From contig CAZOJJ010000008.1 of NCBI GenBank assembly GCA_964580105.1, positions 1,358-65,357 of the forward strand: a DNA stretch of 64,000 nucleotides. The letters run 5' to 3'. How positions within the stretch are numbered: the stretch's first letter is position 1; every line of letters starts with the position of its first letter. The notes under the pieces were generated by a model that had not been told where the DNA came from, searched no databases, and saw only the letters and a program-made list of their open reading frames with translations. Positions 10,401 to 18,540 of this stretch are shown piece after piece. The DNA comes from an uncultured Rhodothermales bacterium (GTDB lineage: Bacteria; Bacteroidota; Rhodothermia; Rhodothermales; Rubricoccaceae). The translations under genes were made by a program, and so were the position numbers.

Positions 10401-11654
10401 GCCGTGGACGTGCACGTCTTCCTCGGGCCGCGTCTGGTTTCGACGAGCCGTCCGCAGCTCGTCCGCCAGCGGCTCATCGACGGCCGCCTCCCGGCGGAGG
10501 TCTACCGTGCGCTCATGGTCGAAGGCCGCCGCTACGCCTTCACCCGCGAACGGATCGGTTCGTTCACCTACACGACCGGCTACAAGGCCATCGGCGACGA
10601 GCACGGGCGCACCGTCGGTGTCGTGGCCGTGCCGACGCTGCCGGAGCAGGCGGCCATCGAGGCCGAGCAGGCGCGGATGATCGCCTACCTCTTCGGCGCG
10701 CTGCTGGCGCTGCTCATCGGCATCTTCGTGACGACGGCGCTGCTGGCAAGCCAGCTCACGCGGCCCTTCCGGAGCCTCCGCGCCGGGCTCCAGGCCGTCG
10801 GCGCCGGGCGGATGGAGGAGCCGCTCCCCGTCGAGAGCCGCGACGAGATGGGCGAACTCGTCGAGACGTTCAACCGGATGCAGGCGCAGGTCGTCGAGAG
10901 CCGCCGCCAGCTCGCCCAGCAGGAGCGCGAGCTGGCCTGGCGCGAGATGGCCCGCCAGGTGGCCCACGAGATCAAGAACCCGCTCACCCCGATGAAGCTC
11001 TCCGTGCAGCACCTCCGCCGCGCCTACCGCGCGCCCGGCGACGGCGCCACGGCCGAGGAGCGGCGCTTCGCCGGGCTGCTCGACCGGATCACGACCACGC
11101 TCATCGAGCAGATCGACGCCCTCGACCGCATCGCCGGGGAGTTCTCGACGTTCGCGCGGCTGCCCAAACGGAACCCCGAGCGGCTCGACCTTGGGGAGGT
11201 CGTCCGCGAGGCCGGCGTCCTGTTCGAGGACGAGGCCCGCGCCGAGGGGCCGCTCACCGTGGACGTCCGCCTCGACCTCGCCGACGCCCCGCTGCCCGTC
11301 GAGGCCGACCACGAGGAGCTCCGCCGCGCGTTCATCAATCTGTTCAAGAACGCGCTCCAGGCCCTGCCCGACGACGCCGAGGGCGGCCGGCCCCGCCGCA
11401 TCACCGCGCGGACGTGGCGCGGCGTAGACGGCCACGCCTACGCCGAGGTCGAAGACACCGGCACGGGCATCCCGCCCGCCGTGCGGCCCAGGATCTTCCA
11501 GCCCAACTTCTCGACCAAGAACAGCGGGATGGGCCTCGGCCTCGCCATCGTGCAGAAGGCCGTCGAGGCCAGCGGCGGGCACATCGACTTCGAGACCGAG
11601 GAGGGGGTGGGCACCACGTTCACGCTGCGCTTCCCGCTCGCCGACGAGGGCTGA
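7497..11654 (+). CDS. Very large multi-pass sensor histidine kinase (NtrY-type HisKA, HATPase_c)
   Basis: 1385 aa with an N-terminal TM helix, a periplasmic segment, a block of TM helices and a second large extracytoplasmic segment. These are followed by a HAMP-like region (ELVETFNRMQAQV), the H-box HEIKNPLTPMKLSVQHL, an N-box FKNALQA and a G-box STKNSGMGLGLAIVQ. Confidence 0.9.
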   Translation: MLNARLVRRFFAVAALLALTVPVTMGIEAWRVHRLRADLDARAEAATAETREAVQERTTALLTAMLADAERLATDPLVQQALADSLAPAPTRDEALLRRFEAVGSAPRMAAEAYRSDGALVAWGGFSAPFGPAARRGLPDTLRTGIVLDGTERRIVVAWWPVRAGSRQVGAVRVMREVQVSVPVRNRYLQDYDLADGWRVDLDLPFSVAFTGRRRAFAGDAAPLWGPGGSRLGWVQVPTPSEAFLVGRLRGAFRDVTAFWLVLLAGWLLAGLWLVVERSMQRALRRGTAGAWWAAGAVFTAWALGWWATRFGFLTTDVPTRWIRRGGFASALFDPTYLASDVGGGLLRSAGDLVITAGFAGFFAVALLRFALLRSASAMTRRPEPVRPLRSALLLLGTAVLSAVVVAALTVGVRRAVLDATLGYFNRSGPVPEPLTLLVLAALLAAGFAATGCVAALIMLVRVALGRRQRSGPRVWAAALGLLAAAFVATYVVTPLSDVPPWSAALLYLAAAGAGAYFLLGRRDRWAWPLTFRGMLVCVLVLVPCTYLLMLRAARERRDALMVEAAEDFAGGQDRRAVFAIEQVLAGARSDELRPALLAAVEADRLGRAVALDTAAIGEPTAQDSLQATLDGLVSDLVSGSLLAALSDYTVELALLTPEGDTLAAYTDTLPADERGPRNPRARKDDPLAFERLRQRYEARTGAGFTVNRAPIERRRGVYRYAGLGPVEADDDDAPPAVWVYARATPRLQRYVTETPFPLVLVPAGLFGEVDEGFSYAEYDAGVFVRGRGETGGPFRLPPEVRERLARTADAVWVREVVEGARYRTYYRRLPAEKGERLDAVAVRVPAVAYYDHLFYLLRMTVAGLLLGSVIYLAGVPVRRRAGLLPAPKSRFRDKVLTRFLIVGIASVGLTGVIGRQVVVEQNRQSVRDLLQRRLHLAEAQVTAEAGPGVPVAASIERARADHAAAQLAVDVHVFLGPRLVSTSRPQLVRQRLIDGRLPAEVYRALMVEGRRYAFTRERIGSFTYTTGYKAIGDEHGRTVGVVAVPTLPEQAAIEAEQARMIAYLFGALLALLIGIFVTTALLASQLTRPFRSLRAGLQAVGAGRMEEPLPVESRDEMGELVETFNRMQAQVVESRRQLAQQERELAWREMARQVAHEIKNPLTPMKLSVQHLRRAYRAPGDGATAEERRFAGLLDRITTTLIEQIDALDRIAGEFSTFARLPKRNPERLDLGEVVREAGVLFEDEARAEGPLTVDVRLDLADAPLPVEADHEELRRAFINLFKNALQALPDDAEGGRPRRITARTWRGVDGHAYAEVEDTGTGIPPAVRPRIFQPNFSTKNSGMGLGLAIVQKAVEASGGHIDFETEEGVGTTFTLRFPLADEG

Positions 11655-11791
11655 CCCGCCCGAAGCGGCTGGAGATCTTCACCGTGCTGATGCAGCTCGC
11701 CCCGACCTTCTGGCGGCGGTGAGCCCGCCCGCCCCTTGCATCTTCAACCGCGCCCGTGCGTAGGTTGCCCGCAGACGCACCCGGTATCTCC

Positions 11792-13171
11792 ATGGTGGCC
11801 TCCTTCCGCTTCCTCCTGGCCTTCGTGCTCGCCCTCCCGCTCGCCGGGGCGGCGCAGGACGGCGGGGCGCGCCTGGCCCTGCCCGACCTCGGCGACGGGC
11901 CGGTCTACCGCGTCCCCATCGAGGGCATGATCGACAACGCCCTCGCTCGCTACGTGGGCCGCGCCCTCGCCGACGCCGAGGCCGGCGGGGCTTCGGTCGT
12001 CGTCTTCCACGTCAACACCTTCGGGGGGCTCGTGGATGCGGCCGACCAGATCCGCACGACGATCCTTGACGCGCCGATGCCGACCGTCGCCTACGTGGAC
12101 AAGAACGCGGCGAGTGCGGGCGCGCTCATCTCCTACGCCGCCGACCGCATCGTGATGGCCCCCGGCGGCTCCATCGGCGCGGCGACGGCCGTAGACGCGA
12201 CGGGCACCTACGCCAGCGAGAAGGTGCAGAGCTACATGCGCAGCCTCATGCGCGCCACCGCCGAGGCCAACGGCCGCGACCCCCGTATTGCCGAGGCGAT
12301 GGTGGACGAGAAGCTGGCCATCCCGGGTGTGGTCGAGGCCGGTCAACTCCTCTCGCTCTCGCCCTCCGAGGCCGTCCGCCTCGGCGTCGCCGACGGCGTG
12401 GCGCCGACGATGGACGCGCTCCTGGCCGACCTCGGCGCGGCCGACCGGACGCTCGTGGCGCACCACGCCTCGGCCGCCGAGCGCGTGCTCCGCTTCCTCG
12501 GCTCGCCCGTCGTCGCGTCCATCCTCATGCTGATGATGATGGGCGGGCTCTACTTCGAGCTGCAGACGCCGGGCGTCGGCTTCCCGGGGATCATGGCGTT
12601 CCTCGGCGCGGCGCTGTTCTTCGCGCCGCATTACATGCTCGGACTCGTCCAGAGCTGGGAGATCCTGCTGTTCCTGGTGGGCGTCGGGCTGCTCGCTTTC
12701 GAGATCTTCGTCACGCCGGGGTTCGGCGTGGCGGGCGTGGCAGGGCTGCTGTGCATCATCGGTGCGCTCTTCGCGGCCCTCCTCCCCAACGTCGGCCTCG
12801 ACTTCCCCTCGGGCCTTCAGCTCGCTCGTGCGGCGATGACGCTGGGGACCACGTTCGTGCTCCTGATCGCGCTGGCCGTCTCACTCGGGCGCTTCCTCCC
12901 GCAGTCGGAGCGGTTCAACCGGCTCGTGCTCGCGCCGGACCTTTCCAGCGCCGCCGGCTACACCGCGGCCGACACCGACGAGACGTTGCTGGGCCGGGCG
13001 GGCACGGCGCTCACGCCGCTCCGCCCGTCCGGCACGGCCGAGATCGCCGGCCGCCGCGTGGACGTGGTGGCCGAGGGCACGTTCATCCCGGCCGGCACGG
13101 CGGTCGAGGTCATCCGCGTGCGCGGCAGCCGCGTCGAGGTCCGTGCCGTGTCCGAGCCCACCGTCGCCTGA
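11792..13171 (+). CDS. NfeD-family membrane-bound ClpP-class serine protease
   Basis: Signal peptide, then a ClpP-like fold (VVVFHVNTFGGLVDAADQI...AASAGALISYAADRIVMAPGGSIGAA), several TM helices, and a C-terminal OB-fold NfeD domain (GTALTPLRPSGTAEIAGRRVDVVAEG). Confidence 0.85.
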   Translation: MVASFRFLLAFVLALPLAGAAQDGGARLALPDLGDGPVYRVPIEGMIDNALARYVGRALADAEAGGASVVVFHVNTFGGLVDAADQIRTTILDAPMPTVAYVDKNAASAGALISYAADRIVMAPGGSIGAATAVDATGTYASEKVQSYMRSLMRATAEANGRDPRIAEAMVDEKLAIPGVVEAGQLLSLSPSEAVRLGVADGVAPTMDALLADLGAADRTLVAHHASAAERVLRFLGSPVVASILMLMMMGGLYFELQTPGVGFPGIMAFLGAALFFAPHYMLGLVQSWEILLFLVGVGLLAFEIFVTPGFGVAGVAGLLCIIGALFAALLPNVGLDFPSGLQLARAAMTLGTTFVLLIALAVSLGRFLPQSERFNRLVLAPDLSSAAGYTAADTDETLLGRAGTALTPLRPSGTAEIAGRRVDVVAEGTFIPAGTAVEVIRVRGSRVEVRAVSEPTVA

Positions 13172-13175
13172 GGCC

Positions 13176-13685
13176 GTGTCGCTGCTGATCCCCATCGCCC
13201 TCATCGTGATCGGCCTGGCGCTGATCGTGGCCGAGGTGTACCTCGTGCCCGGCCTCAACGTGGTCGGCGTCATCGGCGTGCTGGCGGCGGGCGTGGGCGT
13301 GGTCTACGCCTTCGTGGACCTCGGGCCGCTGGGCGGGCTCCTCTCGCTCGTCGGGGCCGTCGCGGGCGGCGCGCTCGTGTTCACCTACCTCTGGCGCTCG
13401 GGCGCGTGGGACCGCTTCGTGCTCGCCGACGACCTTCGCCGCGACCCGCTGGCCGATTCGGCCGAGCAGGAGACGCGCGCCCGGCTCATCGGCCGCTCGG
13501 GGACGGCACTGACGCCGCTGCGCCCGACGGGCGTGGTCGAGATCGACGGCGAGCGGGTGGAGGTGGTGACCGAGGGGGCGTTCGTCTCCGCCGGCAGCCG
13601 CGTCCGCGTCGTGGCGATGGACCGCCGCCGCTACTTCGTCCGCCTCGCCGACGAGGTGGAGCAGGTGGGAGACCGGGGTGGCTGA
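13176..13685 (+). CDS. Short NfeD-like membrane protein (TM helices plus C-terminal OB-fold domain)
   Basis: Hydrophobic N-terminus (LLIPIALIVIGLALIVAEVYLVPGLNVVGVIGVLAAG), then GRSGTALTPLRPTGVVEIDGERVEVVTEGAFV. This parallels the C-terminus of the preceding gene. GTG 13176 lies 5 nt after that gene's stop. Confidence 0.75.
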   Translation: MSLLIPIALIVIGLALIVAEVYLVPGLNVVGVIGVLAAGVGVVYAFVDLGPLGGLLSLVGAVAGGALVFTYLWRSGAWDRFVLADDLRRDPLADSAEQETRARLIGRSGTALTPLRPTGVVEIDGERVEVVTEGAFVSAGSRVRVVAMDRRRYFVRLADEVEQVGDRGG

Positions 13686-13735
13686 GCCAGGCCGTGCGTA
13701 GCTTGGGGCGACCCGCTCGTCTCGCCCCGCCTCCG

Positions 13736-14386
13736 ATGCGCCGCTCCGTCCTGCTGCCGTTCGTCCTCTGCCTCCTTCTGTCTGCCTGCGCGGGCGAACC
13801 CGACCTCGGCCCGCCCGAGGGCTGGACCGGCGAGGGCGCCGATCGCTGGTGGATGGAAGGAACCGACACCGCGACCGCCTTCCGCGACCTGGAGACGCTC
13901 GAAGCGATGGGCGTGACGGTCTACGAGGACGTGGACCTCGGCGCGAGCGTCCAGAACCGGATGATCGAGCTGTACCGGACGAACCCGGCGCTCGTGGATT
14001 CGCTCTTCGCCGTCCACGGCCTGCCGGTGGTCCGGGAAGGCGCGGCCGACGCAGGGGACCGCACGGCGCGGCGCGAGCAGATGGTCACGGCCATCAACCG
14101 CGAACTCGCCCGGTACTACCGCCAGCCGCTCGTCAAGACGCAGGCCCAGACCGTCTACCCCGACAGCCTCCGCGAGGCCGGCGTCGGCGGGCAGGTCGTC
14201 CTTCAGGTCTACGTGGACGACCAGGGCGCCCCGCTCGCCGTCGAGAAGGTCGAGGGGGCCCACCCCACGCTCGATGCACTCACGATGCAGATGGCCACGC
14301 AGACGCGATGGACGCGCCCGTGGGTCATCACCGATGGGCAGGAGCGCTACGTTCCGGGCTGGACGCGCCTCAAGCTCACCTACTAG
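13736..14386 (+). CDS. Lipoprotein with a TonB C-terminal-like domain
   Basis: Lipobox LLLSAC. The C-terminal part VYPDSLREAGVGGQVVLQVYVDDQGAPLAVEKVEGAHPTLDALTMQMA resembles the TonB_C fold pattern. Confidence 0.65.
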   Translation: MRRSVLLPFVLCLLLSACAGEPDLGPPEGWTGEGADRWWMEGTDTATAFRDLETLEAMGVTVYEDVDLGASVQNRMIELYRTNPALVDSLFAVHGLPVVREGAADAGDRTARREQMVTAINRELARYYRQPLVKTQAQTVYPDSLREAGVGGQVVLQVYVDDQGAPLAVEKVEGAHPTLDALTMQMATQTRWTRPWVITDGQERYVPGWTRLKLTY

Positions 14387-14387
14387 C

Positions 14388-15503
14388 GTGCCCGCCCGGA
14401 CGGCCTGGGGCGCGGCGACGCTCGCCGTCGTCGCCCTCGCCCTTTATCTCTACGGCGGCATCGACTACCTCGGCGAGTACGCCGGGGCGGACCTGCGGCA
14501 CTACCGGGCGATGGCCGAGGCGGCGCCCGGCCTGGCCGACGACCGCCCCCGGCCCTTCGCCTACCGCATCGGGGCGCCGTGGCTGGCGGGCGTGACGCCG
14601 CTGCCCGACCCGCTCGCCTTCCGGCTGTGGACCGTCCTGGCCTCGCTCACGCTCGCCGGCGCGCTCTACGCCTACCTCCTCCGGCTCGTCCGCCCCCGCA
14701 CGGCCGCCCTCACGACGGTCCTCTTCGCGCTCAACCCGTACCTCTTCGGGTTCAACGCCTTCGACTACTTCCAGCTCGGCGACGTGCTCGCCCATCTCGT
14801 CGTGCTCGGCAGCTTCTGGTTGCTGGAGGAGCGGAGATGGGCGGCGCTGGCGCTCGTGCTCGGCCTCGGCGTGTGCGTCCGCGAGGCCGCCGTGCTCGTC
14901 GTGCCGGTGGCGTTCGTGTGGGCGGCGCAGCAGGGGGCCCTCCGGCGCGACGGCCCGGCGCTGGCCGGCATCGCGGTGCTCGCGGTCGGGGCGTTCGTCG
15001 GCCTCCGGCTCGTGGTGGAGGCCCGCGGTGGCTACGGGCTCGTCGAGGCGCTGCTCGAGGAGGGCCGCAAGGCTTCCCGGCCGGCGACGTGGTTTCGGCT
15101 CCTCGTCAACGCCTGGGCGCCGCTGAGCCTGCTTCCGCTCGTGTTCCTCGGGACGGCCCGCGACTTCCTCCGCGAACGGCTCCACCTCGTCGCGCTGTTC
15201 GGGTGCGTGCTCGTGAGCGCCTTCTTCGGGCACGACCAGGAGCGGCTGATGCAGCCGGCGTTCGCCGCCGTGTACCCGCTGATGGCCGTGCTGATCGACC
15301 GACACCTGCGGACGCTCTGGGTGGAGGGGGTGCTGCTGGGCGCGGGCGTGCTGACGAGCCTCCACCACGTCACCGCCCGGTTCCCGCTGCCGGATCGTAC
15401 GACGACGGCCGCGCTGCACCTCGCGGCCCTCGCCCTCGTGACGCTGGCGGCGCTGGCCGTGCGGATGGGTGAGGGGAGGGCGGGCGCCCTAGAGGCAGGC
15501 TAG
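14388..15503 (+). CDS. Polytopic membrane protein, possibly a GT-C-type glycosyltransferase
   Basis: About 370 aa, about 9-10 hydrophobic helices and a conserved-looking loop (RPFAYRIGAPWL). GTG 14388 lies 2 nt after the upstream stop. The function is a guess. Confidence 0.6.
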   Translation: MPARTAWGAATLAVVALALYLYGGIDYLGEYAGADLRHYRAMAEAAPGLADDRPRPFAYRIGAPWLAGVTPLPDPLAFRLWTVLASLTLAGALYAYLLRLVRPRTAALTTVLFALNPYLFGFNAFDYFQLGDVLAHLVVLGSFWLLEERRWAALALVLGLGVCVREAAVLVVPVAFVWAAQQGALRRDGPALAGIAVLAVGAFVGLRLVVEARGGYGLVEALLEEGRKASRPATWFRLLVNAWAPLSLLPLVFLGTARDFLRERLHLVALFGCVLVSAFFGHDQERLMQPAFAAVYPLMAVLIDRHLRTLWVEGVLLGAGVLTSLHHVTARFPLPDRTTTAALHLAALALVTLAALAVRMGEGRAGALEAG

Positions 15504-15973
15504 GGGACGAACGGAGGCGGCGCGCTCAGCCAGCCGGCGTCCAGCACGCCCCAGAGACCGGCCCCGATGGCCTCGGCGGTGTCGTGGCGGAGCGGGCCCT
15601 TCGGCTTCGCCGCCCCGCTCCACGCAATGACGGCCCGCGCGAGCCCGTCGGCTGCCTCTTTGGCCCGGGCGCCGCTGCGCTGCTCGCGGGCGAGCAGGAG
15701 GGTTCGTCGCCACGTGGGTGCGTCCACCACCCGAACGGTCAGCCCGTGGCGCTCGGCCTCCTGCTGCCACACCAGCGCCAGGTCGCCGCCTCCTTCGAGG
15801 ACGAGCCGCTCCAGCGAGGCGTGCTCGTTCAGCAGCGACGCCGCGCCGCGTCTCAGCCGGGCGCGGGCGCCGAAGTTCTGCGAGCGGTACGCGAGCAGCC
15901 GCCCGTGGCGGCCGTAGAAGGCGAGGCCGGTGCGGAGCCCGAGGTCGACGGCGAGCAGCGCGGCGCCGGTCAC
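15500..15973 (-). CDS. RuvC-like (RNase H-fold) nuclease, 157 aa
   Basis: LLAVDLGLRTGLA (first acidic residue), LVLEGGGD (second) and RHDTAEAIGAGLWG (C-terminal acidic pair) align by eye with the RuvC catalytic tetrad positions. The GTG start at 15973 overlaps the upstream stop (GTGA). Confidence 0.65.
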   Translation of the reverse strand: MTGAALLAVDLGLRTGLAFYGRHGRLLAYRSQNFGARARLRRGAASLLNEHASLERLVLEGGGDLALVWQQEAERHGLTVRVVDAPTWRRTLLLAREQRSGARAKEAADGLARAVIAWSGAAKPKGPLRHDTAEAIGAGLWGVLDAGWLSAPPPFVP

Positions 15974-16764
15974 ACCGAGACCTTCTCCTCCGGCGTGTAG
16001 GGGCGGTCGGCGCCGGCCACGAGGTCGGCCTCGCGGTCACGGCGGACGTGGAGGCCGGGCAACGTGCTCCGGTCCCACAGCCGCTTCATCGCGCGAATCT
16101 GGGCGGCGATGCCGGCGAGGTTCTTCGCTTTCACGAGGTCGCGGATGGCGCGCATCTCGCGGCGGCTGCTCGTGTTCGCCATCGAGGTGCCACGGTTGAA
16201 GACGAGCGAGAGGAGCGCGCCCTGCGCGTCGGGAGGGAGTTTCTCGACGCCCTCGTAGACGCGGCGGGTGTCCTTGGCGAAGCGGGGCAGGGTGGAGGTG
16301 TAAAAGACCTGCTTGGCCTCCGGGAGCGGGACGACGACGTGGCGCACCTTCGAGAGGGCGCGCTTGGCGGCCTCACCCTTGAGGCCCTGCACGCTCAGGA
16401 GCGCGTCCACGGCCGTATCGGGAAGGCGCCCCCGCCAGTCGCGCTCGAGCTGCGTGGCGGAGGTGTGGCCGAGGTCGTACCCGATGCCGATGGTGACGCC
16501 GCTGGCGGCGCCGGGCCAGATGGGGCTCTGGAGGTGGCGCCGGTAGTACGCCTCCGACGAGATCTCGAACCCGACGAGGGCTTCGAGCGCGTCGCGGGAG
16601 ACGACGAGGCTGGCCTCGGGGGCCGGCGTCTCGCCGCCCGAAGGCGCCTCGGCGGCGTCGAGGAGGGCCTCGATGCGCGAGAGCGTGACGGGGCCGATGA
16701 TGCCGTCGGGTGCCACGCCGAGGCGGCGCTGGATGGCTTTGATGCGGTCGAGGACGGAGGGCAT
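15970..16764 (-). CDS. Lysozyme-like (GH24/pesticin-type) protein with an N-terminal PG_binding_1-like motif and no signal peptide
   Basis: IQRRLGVAPDGIIGPVTLSRI resembles a peptidoglycan-binding repeat. FEISSEAYY...SGVTIGIGYDLG...LLSLVFNRG...GLHVRRDREADL matches the GH24 lysozyme motif order. No N-terminal hydrophobic segment. Confidence 0.7.
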   Translation of the reverse strand: MPSVLDRIKAIQRRLGVAPDGIIGPVTLSRIEALLDAAEAPSGGETPAPEASLVVSRDALEALVGFEISSEAYYRRHLQSPIWPGAASGVTIGIGYDLGHTSATQLERDWRGRLPDTAVDALLSVQGLKGEAAKRALSKVRHVVVPLPEAKQVFYTSTLPRFAKDTRRVYEGVEKLPPDAQGALLSLVFNRGTSMANTSSRREMRAIRDLVKAKNLAGIAAQIRAMKRLWDRSTLPGLHVRRDREADLVAGADRPYTPEEKVSV

Positions 16765-16839
16765 GGCGGGAGAGAGGCTGGGGGCGATCCACGATAGACA
16801 CGAGACCGGTGCCGTTCGTAACCCGTCCGCCGAAATTCG

Positions 16840-18240
16840 CTACCCCAGCAGCACGCCCGCGATGGTGGCCGTCATGAGGTTGGCGAGCGTCCCGGCCAGC
16901 ACGGCGCGGAGGCCGAGGCTGGCAATCTCGCCCGTCCGCTCCGGGGCCAGCGGCCCGATGCCGCCGATCTGGATGCCGATGGAGGAGAGGTTGGCGAACC
17001 CGCACAGCGCAAACGTCGCCATCACGATGGTCTTGGGCTGGAGCCCGCCCGCGCCGATGGCGTCGGCCAGCTGCGTGTAGGCGACGAACTCGTTGGCGAT
17101 GATCTTCGTGCCGAGCAGCGAGCCGAACGTCGTCACGTCCGCTGCGGGCACGCCGATGAGCCAGCCGGCGGGAGCGAGGACGACGCCGAGGATGCGCTCC
17201 AGGCTCGTCGTGTAGCCGAAGAAGCCCGCGCCCCAGTCGAGGATGCCGTTGAGGATGGCGATGAGGGCGAGGAAGGCGATGAGCATCGCGCCGATGTTGA
17301 GCGCGAGGTGGAGGCCGTCGGCCGCGCCGCTGGCGGCGGCGTCGATGACGTTCTTGGGGCCGGGGTCCGCGAGGGCCTCCTCGACGGCCTCGTGGGCTTC
17401 GTCGCTGGCGGTGGAGGGGAGCGTGGCCTCGCCCGCGTCCGTCACCACCCGCGCGTTCCGCGCGTTCCGCGCGTCCACCGACTGCGTCTCGGGGATCAGG
17501 ATTTTGGCCAGGACGAGCGCGGCCGGCGCCGCCATCACGCTCGCGCCGAGGAGCTGCTCGGCGAAGAGCTGTTGCCCGACCTCCACGGCCACGCCCGCCG
17601 CCGCCGCGTACCGCTCGCCGAGGAACGCCACGTAGGAGGCCAGCACGCCGCCCGCGATGGTTGCCATCCCGCCCGTCATCACGGCGAGGAGCTCGCTGCG
17701 GCTGAGGTTCTTGATGTACGGCTTGATGACGAGCGGCGCCTCGGTCTGCCCCACGAAGATGTTGGCGCTGACCGAGAGCGACTCCGGCCCGCTCGTCCCG
17801 AGCGCGCGGCGGACGACGTAGGCCACGCCCTGTACGATCCGCTGCATGATGCCGAGGTAGTAGAGGATCGCCATGAGAGAGGCGAACACGATCACCGTCG
17901 GGAGCACCTGGGCGAAGAAGAAGAAGCCGAGGGAGCCCTCGGCGGCGGGCCCGAGGCCGAGGCTCCCGAAGAGGAACGTCGACCCCACCTCGACGGCGCT
18001 CAGGAAGGCGACGAACAGGCCGGCCACCCACGCGAAGGCCGCCTTGGGCCATCCGAGCGGTGCGAAGACGTCGGCCATCGCCTCGCCCTTGAGGATGACG
18101 ACGGCGAAGACGAGCTGGAGCAGGAGCCCGGCCCCGACCGTCCGCCAGTTGACGCGGCGGCGGTGGCTGGAGAAGGCGAAGGCGAGGGCGACGATGCCGG
18201 CGAGGCCGAGCAGGCCGCGCAGGACGGAGGCGAGGTCCAT
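16840..18240 (-). CDS. nupC: NupC/CNT-family nucleoside transporter
   Basis: MDLASVLRGLLGLAGI...NIFVGQTEAPLVIKPY...MTGGMATIAGGVLASY...ANEFVAY...ALCGFANLSSIGIQIGG are concentrative nucleoside transporter signatures. ATG 18240 is in frame with track ORF 16840..18465. Confidence 0.9.
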   Translation of the reverse strand: MDLASVLRGLLGLAGIVALAFAFSSHRRRVNWRTVGAGLLLQLVFAVVILKGEAMADVFAPLGWPKAAFAWVAGLFVAFLSAVEVGSTFLFGSLGLGPAAEGSLGFFFFAQVLPTVIVFASLMAILYYLGIMQRIVQGVAYVVRRALGTSGPESLSVSANIFVGQTEAPLVIKPYIKNLSRSELLAVMTGGMATIAGGVLASYVAFLGERYAAAAGVAVEVGQQLFAEQLLGASVMAAPAALVLAKILIPETQSVDARNARNARVVTDAGEATLPSTASDEAHEAVEEALADPGPKNVIDAAASGAADGLHLALNIGAMLIAFLALIAILNGILDWGAGFFGYTTSLERILGVVLAPAGWLIGVPAADVTTFGSLLGTKIIANEFVAYTQLADAIGAGGLQPKTIVMATFALCGFANLSSIGIQIGGIGPLAPERTGEIASLGLRAVLAGTLANLMTATIAGVLLG

Positions 18241-18313
18241 CAACGAGGGGGTGGGTGAGCGCGAAGCCGCGAAGATACCCCGGGTGCAGAAACGTGGGAG
18301 GGGATGGGGAAAA

Positions 18314-18348
18314 GGGAGCGAGGAGGGCCGGGTGCCCTCCTCGCTCCC
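18314..18348 (-). terminator. Intrinsic terminator or attenuator hairpin between the helicase gene and nupC
   Basis: Perfect 15-bp G+C-rich stem (gggagcgaggagggc / gccctcctcgctccc) with a 5-nt loop. On the minus strand it is followed directly by TTTTCCCC. It lies 74 nt upstream of the nupC ATG. Confidence 0.6.
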
Positions 18349-18540
18349 CACCGTGGCATCCTGAGCCAACGCCAAGGAACTGGTCTCGGGGGGCGGAAGC
18401 CCAGCGGGGCTAGAGCGGAGGTTCGTTGCACGGGCCCGCGCACCGGGGCTGAGGCGTAGGGCCACCCTGCAGGGTGGCCCTACTCAGGATGACGTGGCGG
18501 TGAGCGCGGCGGCACGGGGGCGGCGGCCACACCGGCTACG

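Noticed and set aside
18350-18455. Possible tRNA or small RNA, prompted by the ggaggttcgttgcac string resembling a T-loop.
   Set aside because: No acceptor, D or anticodon stems can be drawn around it. No GGTTCGAATCC-type T-arm with a complementary 5-bp stem occurs anywhere in the window.
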